Below are positions 55,945 through 64,000 of a DNA stretch of 64,000 bases, in pieces. Position 1 is the first letter of the stretch, and the number at the start of each line of letters is the position of its first letter. The stretch is from Eledone cirrhosa. Taxonomy: Eukaryota. The translations under genes and the position numbers were made by a program. Under the pieces are notes generated by a model. The model had not been told where the DNA came from, ran no database searches, and worked only from the letters and a program-made list of their open reading frames with translations. The DNA is taken from assembly GCA_964016885.1 (NCBI GenBank), contig OZ024742.1:199764001-199828000 (forward strand), in the 5' to 3' direction.

Positions 55945-57050
55945 TTATGGGATTTAAACTCTGTAGAAGTGGATCCCACATAATTAAATGAATTTAAATT
56001 AGTTTTTACATTACAATTATATACTATATTTTTAGCTAAGCAATTGTTATTTAACGGACAGTTAGATTTATTTCTACAGTTACATTTATCAAATTGGATA
56101 TTGCTTGGGTTATTAGTGGTATTTTGGTTAGGTTTGAAATTTCTATTATTAATTCTATTAATATTTTGCGCTAAATTTTTGGTGGAAGAATAAGTTAATT
56201 TTATAGTATGTCTATTAAAAATTGAGTAATATCTATGTGTTCTATGGAAGCATTTGTCAAGAGCTTTAAAAAATAGTTTAGCAATAGGGGTTTTAATATT
56301 TAATGAGAAAGTAGGAGCGAACCATAATATGTTCCTAGATCTATTTCTTTTTCCGCTTTCGGAATTAATATAAGGTTTTCTATTATAGTTGTTAAAATTG
56401 TTACCATAGTTAAAATTGTTACGATTATGGTTAGTTGTTGTATTTTTATTATTATCAATGTATTTAATTTTATTTCTATACCCAGCTCTATCTAACGCTT
56501 CGTTGTAATAATGTGCTTTTTCATCAAATATATTCTTATTAGCTGAAATTCTCGAAATTCGTTGCTGTACAGAGTTCATTTAACTTTGCCTTTCATCCTT
56601 AAGGGGTCGATAAAATTAAGTACCAGTAATGTACTGGGTGGTTGCTGGCCTTGTGCCAAAAGTAGAAACAATTAGAGTATTTTTAACGGATCTGGGGTGA
56701 TTAGAGTTAAAATTGACGTAGTTTAAGTTCTCATTTTGTTTGTGAAATGGATAATGAAGACATACGTTAAGATTTAGTGTTACATCTAGAAAGTTAACTA
56801 TTTTATGGTTATTCTCTATTTCAAACTTTTAGATTAAGGTAATTAAAAAATTGTATAATTTGTTTTCTTTTTCTATTTAGTTCACAGTTATTATTTTCTA
56901 TAAGTAAAAGCATGTCGTCACGATATAAACCTCCGGTTATCTCAGGTATTTTCCTATGTAGAGAATTTAAAAATATCCAATACTAATAATTAACGCTATA
57001 AATCCACTATCCGGGAGCTTCCAACAGTAATGGTTGCATTCTTTAAGGGT
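55945..57050 (-). pseudogene. PLE RT-thumb/GIY-YIG fragment interrupted by a partial SINE (56580-56675, +)
   Basis: RISRISAN..YNEALDRAGY..RNILWFAPTFS..IKLTYS..CNCRNKSNCPLNNNCLAKNIVYNC..YVGSTSTEFK. The extension beyond the SINE is less certain. Confidence 0.85.
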
Positions 57051-57085
57051 ATGTCAATATTTATTTATAAAACTGATCTATATTA

Positions 57086-57150
57086 TATTTTATCTGATGA
57101 AAGCACACCATAATTTAACTTGGTGTCCTTGAAATATGTATAATGAAATA
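57086..57150 (+). ncRNA. Type-I hammerhead (family G), inverted relative to the adjacent PLE ORF
   Basis: TATTTTAT-CTGATGA-AAGCACACCA/TGGTGTCCTT-GAAA-TATGTA-TA-ATGAAATA. Confidence 0.85.
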
Positions 57151-57189
57151 AATAGGGTTTTATAAATATAGTTTCCATTTGTTAATATC

Positions 57190-57242
<53 letters not shown>

Positions 57243-57306
57243 GATGAAATCGAAAATGCAACTGGAGTCTTATTTTTTAAAAAAATATATATATTTATTT
57301 GGTTCC

Positions 57307-57340
57307 TTTACCGGTTTCGCAGTTCTCCTGCTTTTCAAAA
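57307..57340 (-). ncRNA. Minimal hammerhead, U3-A8 variant (family M)
   Basis: TT-TTGAAAA-GCAG-GAGAA-CTGC-GAAA-CCGG-TA-AA. Confidence 0.6.
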
Positions 57341-57601
57341 TGTGAGTTGAGATGGAGGGTCTGTGGTTTACAATATCTTACACAAAATCCCTGGCTGTCT
57401 CAATCTATTGACCGGCTATCTCTTATTCTTTGGATTTAGAAACTGAAGTAAGGATAGTTTTTTTTTATCCCTAGGGATAATATATATGTATTTGCTCCTC
57501 TAATGAAATTATTTAGCAGTCTCTTTTCATTGAGATGTTATGTATATTCTGACAAATTTATTTATGTATAATATATATATTATACATACGTAAATTTCTC
57601 A

Positions 57602-57679
<78 letters not shown>

Positions 57680-57682
<3 letters not shown>

Positions 57683-58069
57683 GGAGGTGAGTTTTATTGT
57701 AGTACAATAAAGCAATGCAGATTTCGGATAAGAAGCACTCTACAGTTTGTAGGACTGGAGTATAAATAATATATAAGATCAAAAGATGGTTAAAAGAGTT
57801 CCATGTATTTTATTATGCGCATTTCAAAAACAAATATCATCATGCAATAACATTTGCGTTTTCGTCAGATGAAATAGGGAGAGATGATATGAAGGTTAAA
57901 ACACACTTGTGAATAGTGCAGTTTGATTTAATATGTTGATTTAAAACTGCACTATTCACAAGTGTGTTTTAACCTTCATATCATCTCTCCCTATTTTATC
58001 TGACGAAAACGCAAATGTTATTGCATGATGATATTTGTTTTTGAAATGCGCATAATAAAATACATGGAA

Positions 58070-58072
<3 letters not shown>
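57680..58072. mobile_element. Fold-back family B terminal repeat with two hammerheads
   Basis: 57796-57925 is inverted relative to 57944-58072. Nearly identical to 6340-6600. Confidence 0.88.
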
Positions 58073-58145
<73 letters not shown>

Positions 58146-58187
58146 GTATATGTATATATATGTATATGTATATATATATATGTATAT

Positions 58188-58607
58188 AGTTAAAAGAATA
58201 GAGGTGTAACACACAAGTTATTATATATTGGTAAACGGAATAGAAAATGCTGACAAATTGTTCACAGTTGAAAAATGGTTTAATTAGGAATAAAAGAGTA
58301 TTAGTGATTGTATGGGTTAGTATTCAGTTGTGGTTTTAAGTTTTTAAGTTTTTACCGGTTGCGCATTTCGAAATGCTTTTCAAAAATAATTTTGAGATAG
58401 AGTGTCCGTGCTGTTTGCTCTGATCAGAGCAAACAGCACGGACACTCTATCTCAAAATTATTTTTGAAAAGCATTTCGAAATGCGCAACCGGTAAAAACT
58501 TAAAACCACAACTGAATACTAACCCATACAATCACTAATACTCTTTTATTCCTAATTAAACCATTTTTCAACTGTGAACAATTTGTCAGCATTTTCTATT
58601 CCGTTTA

Positions 58608-58612
<5 letters not shown>
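58188..58612. mobile_element. Fold-back family C terminal repeat
   Basis: Palindrome centred on CTCTGATCAGAG (~58423). Matches 4430-4670. Confidence 0.88.
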
Positions 58613-58691
<79 letters not shown>

Positions 58692-58694
58692 TAC

Positions 58695-58829
<135 letters not shown>

Positions 58830-59044
58830 TATACATATATATATACATATATATACATATATATATATATATTATGAAGAATTAGTATATCTACTAACAT
58901 ATATATACAGATGCATACCTATGCCAGCAAATATGTAGGTTTTGTCTTAGTAACTTTGTGGTTCAATGCATGGGGATGCAGAACAATAATATGAGAGATG
59001 TAAAATAAGAAAATTATAAAAATTAACTTACTTACTAAAATTTC

Positions 59045-59126
59045 ACTCCAACTAATTAGTTTCTGAAAGGGAATAAACATAGTTTCCGAAGAAACGTACG
59101 GAGAAGCCTTTCGTCATCAGGGAAGT
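59045..59126 (-). ncRNA. Hammerhead with long stem II (family N, copy 1)
   Basis: CC-CTGATGA-CGAAAGG..CCTTTCA-GAAA-CTAATTAG-TT-GGAGT. Inverted partial copy at 59282-59345. Confidence 0.8.
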
Positions 59127-59365
59127 CTATTCTCAGCTAAGTTTCCAGGCAATACGTGGACACAGGGAACTTATACAAAAATAATTCAGTGGATGGAAAA
59201 AAGCAAAGCGTGGACTAAGTTCCAAGCCATTGAAAAAATCACTGCCTACTGCGTCGGTGGCAAATTCAAAAGAATCAATCACCTTTCAGAAACTAATTAG
59301 TTGGAGTGAAATTTTAGTAAGTAAGTTAATTTTTATAATTTTCTTACGTCTCTCATATATATATA

Positions 59366-59435
<70 letters not shown>

Positions 59436-59516
59436 ACCTGCCATTGAACCACATTGGCATATGGTTGGACAATACATGTGTCCCTATACGCTTTTTGCGT
59501 GTAGGGATATATACTT

Positions 59517-59568
<52 letters not shown>

Positions 59569-59688
59569 GTAGGTCCCGGGTAGAGTCGGGGATAACCACA
59601 GTAAGTAAGGTACTCAATACATGGCAGAGTAAAATTTTTTTATTTTATAGTAAAAATATTTATTTTAAAATAAAAAAATTTTAAAATA

Positions 59689-59719
<31 letters not shown>

Positions 59720-59898
59720 GAATTTAGTATATCTACTAACATATGCGTACAGATGTACGCTAATGCCAGCAAATACACAGGTTATGTCATAGTACCTAGG
59801 TGGTTCGATGCAGGAGGATGCAGAACAATAATATAAAAGACGTAAAATAAGAAAATTTTAAAAAAATTAAAAAGATTAACTTACTTACTAAAATTTTC

Positions 59899-59980
59899 AC
59901 TCCAACTAATTAGTTTCTGCAATGGGATAAAGACAGTTACGTAATCTAACTGTCGAGAATTCATTGCGTCATCAGGGAGT
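59899..59980 (-). ncRNA. Hammerhead with long stem II (family N, copy 2)
   Basis: ACTCC-CTGATGA-CGCAATG..GACAGTTA/TAACTGTC..CATTGCA-GAAA-CTAATTAG-TT-GGAGT. Confidence 0.85.
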
Positions 59981-60018
59981 CTATTCTCAGCTAAGTCTCT
60001 AGGCAATGCGCTGACACT

Positions 60019-60052
<34 letters not shown>

Positions 60053-60056
<4 letters not shown>

Positions 60057-60241
60057 CGAGTAGGACCCCGACGGCTGAGCTCAAGCCGTTTCGACGGCTA
60101 ATTCTGTCCAGAATTAGCCGTCGAAACGGCTTGAGCTCAGCCGTCGGGGTCCTTCTCGTTCATATTACCCACTCTACTACCCTAAGTATTGAGTACTTTG
60201 GTGCGTTATGTTCCATCTGGTTCCTTACCACATTTCCTTCG

Positions 60242-60243
<2 letters not shown>
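60053..60243. mobile_element. Fold-back family O fragment
   Basis: ~110-bp palindrome centred on CTGTCCAG (~60107), then the family tail and (TA)n. Confidence 0.8.
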
Positions 60244-60278
<35 letters not shown>

Positions 60279-60820
60279 GGGGCCTCTTTATGTGGGCCTG
60301 TGTGTGTGTGTCTGCATATGTGTATGTGTTTACATTTACCAAAACCGATATTGAGTTGTATGCTTTTATGACCAATACATAACAGAGCAGTACAATAAAT
60401 ATAGATCTATAAAATAATTATGAAGACGTAAAAATGCAGTGATCAATATGTGATCAATAAAAAGTCATTGAAGGTTGTGTTTCAATATAATTGCAGTGAA
60501 ATAACAAAAAAATTTAAAAACCCTGAAAAAACACCCCTAAAAGGGATATTTATGTGCATGCCTCTTCCTCACTATATAATACACATCTAGAGTGTGTGTA
60601 GTTCTAAGTTAGAACATGTAGTTTCATCGAGAACAACGATTTTAATCTTAGCACATCTCACTTTAAAGTTGAATATAGCCACTTTAAAGTGAGAATAGCG
60701 ATTTCATAGTGAGGTAATGTAATTTAAACAAAATATATAATTACTTGATTTAATTAACTAAGAATACATAATCTCATAGAGAGAATGTAGTAAGGAAGAT
60801 TTATTATTTGGAGAATACAA

Positions 60821-61055
60821 GGGCGGTGGATTGGCAGTATCGGTAGAGGGCCGGACGCCATGCTTTGCAGCATAGAGTTACGGTCCTTTATGATCTGAGT
60901 TCAAATCCCGCCGAGGTTAACTTTGCCTTTCATCATTACGGGTTCGATAAAATAAAGTACCAGTCACGCACTGGGGTCGATTTAATCGACTTTTCCCTCC
61001 CCCCCCCCCAAAAAAAAAAATTGCTGGCCTTGTGCCTATATAAGAAACAATTATT
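60821..61055 (+). mobile_element. Full-length tRNA-derived SINE with TSD
   Basis: Main family. TSD ATTATTTGGAGAAT(A/G)CAA. Confidence 0.9.
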
Positions 61056-61289
61056 TGGAGAATGCAATATTATAAACAAAGCAAAATGAAAAGCCCGCAC
61101 TTTTAAAATTAATTGACCGTTTTCTATAAGATTATTGCATTGATGAAGTCTGCGGCCTCTAAAATCATTGCGCCAATGGATTTTTAAAGTACGCTGCAGT
61201 ATGTAATCGTTTAGGAGTTAAAAGTGTTTTTGTAGAGCCAAGATAAGCGACAACAAGATAAGCAACAAAGACGACACCCGTGTCTAAAG

Positions 61290-61600
61290 ATGCTCGCAGT
61301 CAGTTGTTTCGCAATCATTAGGTCCTAGGTTCGATTCCATTGAGTGGCATCGTGGGCAAGTGTCATTTACCATATCCTCCGGTTAAATTATACTTTGTGA
61401 GTAAATCTGGGTAAACGCAAACTGTTTGGAATATCGTCAAGTGCCAGCCTGTCAAACACCGTTTTACCCTGAATCTTCCCAAGAAATACGTTAAGAGTCC
61501 AGATGACTATGGAATTCTCAGCCACTTACAGGTTAATTTCATTAGCACGTTGTTCCGCTGAACAAACAATGGGAACCTCGACGAAACCAACAGAAGTCCA
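61290..61600 (+). mobile_element. Second SINE-like family copy (tRNA head plus CORE-like segment)
   Basis: GGTTCGATTCC B-box, GGGCAAGTGTC, CTGAATCT..CTCAGCCACTT. Confidence 0.6.
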
Positions 61601-61787
61601 TTCCATGATCATGGATCTGTGCTATTGGCGTACTTAAGCTCGAAAAAGAAATTGGGAGACATTACAACCCCTTTGATGAGTTTTCTTCATCATTACTTGA
61701 CACATAAAAAATTATAATTAACTCAGTAAATCCACAATTTTGACATTACAAATGACATTACGATGGTTTGATGTTATATTTTCAAGC

Positions 61788-61925
61788 GACGGACTGGCAG
61801 ACTTGTTAGAGCATTGGATTAGATACCTCGTCGATATTAGTTCCAGCTCATTGCTCTTGGAGTTCAAATCCCACAGAGGACAACTTTGCTGTTCATCTTT
61901 CCAGTTGTAAAAATAAAGTACTAGT
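61788..61925 (+). mobile_element. Diverged main-type SINE
   Basis: TGGCAGA..GAGTTCAAATCCC..AACTTTGCTGTTCATC..AATAAAGTAC. Confidence 0.6.
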
Positions 61926-62504
61926 TCAGATGTAGGAAAATGCTAGATTGTTAAAGAGTCAGGTGGGATACTTTGCGGCATCTAGACTGCATTCCGAGTT
62001 CGAATCCCGCCTCCTTCTGCCAGGAGTGGTAGGTGGCAGATAGTATCAGTAATGGAAAGACAAAAGAAAATATTGTTACTATAATCTGATCTGATCTGAA
62101 AATCGGCTTCTTTCGGTTTTTTACCTATTCAAATAAATATTTTTGTGTTCATCTCATTTAGAAATCACAGTTCTTACTTTTGAACGGAAAGTCTCATTTC
62201 GAAATAATTACTCTCAGTTTGAAGTGGCAACGACATGTAATCAGAGCCACTGAATATATCAATCACCCTTTGAATGAATTTAACGTCTCATTTTCAGATA
62301 ATTAATTTCACTTTAAAATGACATGTATTCAAAATTACAGATGCTATTATATATTTCTCCCATGAGCTGAATTTTACATTTAAATTTGTAAATAATTAAT
62401 CTCATTTTGAAGTGACAAAACCCCACATAGAAATGATATGTACTCAGAATTACAAACTCTGCTTTATATTCCCGCCGTTCTAATACTGGTGGCTTAGTTC
62501 GGAT

Positions 62505-62605
62505 CTAGCTGTCGAAACGGCCGGAGCTCAGCCATGGGGGGACTCTTTTCCAATACATACATATGTATATATATATATTTATATATATATACATATATAT
62601 ATATA

Positions 62606-62639
<34 letters not shown>

Positions 62640-62825
62640 ATATAATATAATATAATGTATATATATATATAACGAATTAATGTGGTAAGGAACCAGGTGG
62701 ACCATAACGCACCAAAGTACTCAATACTTAGGGTAGTAGAGTGGGTAATAGGAACGAGTAGAACCCCTGAGTCCAGAATTAGCCGTCGAAACGGCTTGAG
62801 CTCAGCCGTCGGGGTCCTACTCGTT

Positions 62826-62830
<5 letters not shown>
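62505..62830. mobile_element. Family O fragments (one fold-back)
   Basis: GTCGAAACGGC..GAGCTCAGCC at 62511 and 62785. Inverted tail 62680-62767. Confidence 0.75.
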
Positions 62831-62860
<30 letters not shown>

Positions 62861-63047
62861 TAATATAATATTATATATATATATGATTATATATATATAT
62901 ATATCATAATATAATATTATATATATATATATGATTATATATATATATATATATCATAATATAATATTATATATATATATATGACTATATATATATAACA
63001 ATATAATATTATATATATATATATATATACACACATATATATATATA

Positions 63048-63096
<49 letters not shown>

Positions 63097-63153
63097 TAAT
63101 ATAATATTATATATATATATATGATTATATATATATAATAATATAATATTATA

Positions 63154-63190
<37 letters not shown>

Positions 63191-63284
63191 GTGTGTGTGT
63201 ATATATATATATATATTATAATATGATATAATATAATGTATATATATATATATATCATAATATAATAGTGTATATATATATATG

Positions 63285-63355
<71 letters not shown>

Positions 63356-63385
63356 TAATATAATATTATATATATATATATATAT
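62826..63385. repeat. Higher-order (TA)n/CATAATATAAT compound satellite
   Basis: Repeated ATCATAATATAATATTATATATATATATGATT units. Confidence 0.85.
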
Positions 63386-63498
63386 AATCCCGCTGAGGTT
63401 AAGTTTGCTTTTCATCCTTACAGGGTCGATAAAATAAAGTACCAGTAATGCATTGGGGTAATTGTTGGCCTTCTGCCAAGAGTAGAAACAATTATATT
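63386..63498 (+). mobile_element. 5'-truncated tRNA-derived SINE
   Basis: AATCCCGC..TTTCATCCTTACAGGGTCGATAAAATAAAGTACCAG..GTAGAAACAATT. Confidence 0.85.
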
Positions 63499-63544
63499 TA
63501 TATATATGTATGCGTGTGTGTGTGTGTATGCATATATATATATA

Positions 63545-63576
<32 letters not shown>

Positions 63577-63955
63577 CATCCATTAACTTAATTTAACCAA
63601 CCAACAGGATGTTATATCTTCGTTGTTTATTTGTCTACCATGTTTTCTGGGTTTTTTCCCTCACTTTTACGACAACGTTGCAGTTTTGGCGGGAAGTTTA
63701 TCTCTGTGATGTAATATCAATTACTTCAGAATTGTAAGAGAAACCGGCATAAATTTGGCTTCTCTGCTGCTTGACCTGAATCGGTGGAATTTTAATAGAT
63801 ATGTGTTTTATTTCTTGTTTTTTTTTTTTGGTTTAATATTCATTTTCTTTTTCTTTTAATAATTGAATTCACAGCTATATTAGGCTGTGGTTTACTAGTT
63901 TTTGAAGGCAGATTTACACACAAATATATATACAAGTATACACACACATACACAT

Positions 63956-63999
<44 letters not shown>

Positions 64000-64000
64000 A

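Noticed and set aside
61940-62015. tRNA gene (GAGTTCGAATCCC B-box)
   Set aside because: No convincing cloverleaf; more likely a decayed SINE head.

Overview
AT-rich, microsatellite-dense eukaryotic (animal) non-coding DNA. The SINE and repeat content suggests an octopus/cephalopod genome (inference). No intact host gene is recognisable, and most ORFs in the track are (TA)n/(CA)n/(GA)n artefacts. Transposable elements: one near-full-length but frameshifted Tx1-like (L1-clade) LINE, a decayed hAT transposase element with an inverted 3' end, two non-autonomous Helitrons, MITEs, RTE and R4/Dong-like LINE fragments, about 14 copies of a tRNA-derived SINE, and many Penelope-like element (PLE) fragments (RT and GIY-YIG). 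The most striking hidden layer was read by eye: about 30 type-I hammerhead-ribozyme (HHR) motifs from at least 14 sequence families. Most have a palindromic helix III, several show compensatory base changes or the U3-A8 core variant, and nearly all lie 30-350 nt from a (TA)n array. Many occur as fold-back (tail-out) inverted pairs. One occurs as a coding-free direct-repeat, retrozyme-like unit predicted to release a ~585-nt RNA. All structures are manual predictions and coordinates are approximate to a few bases.
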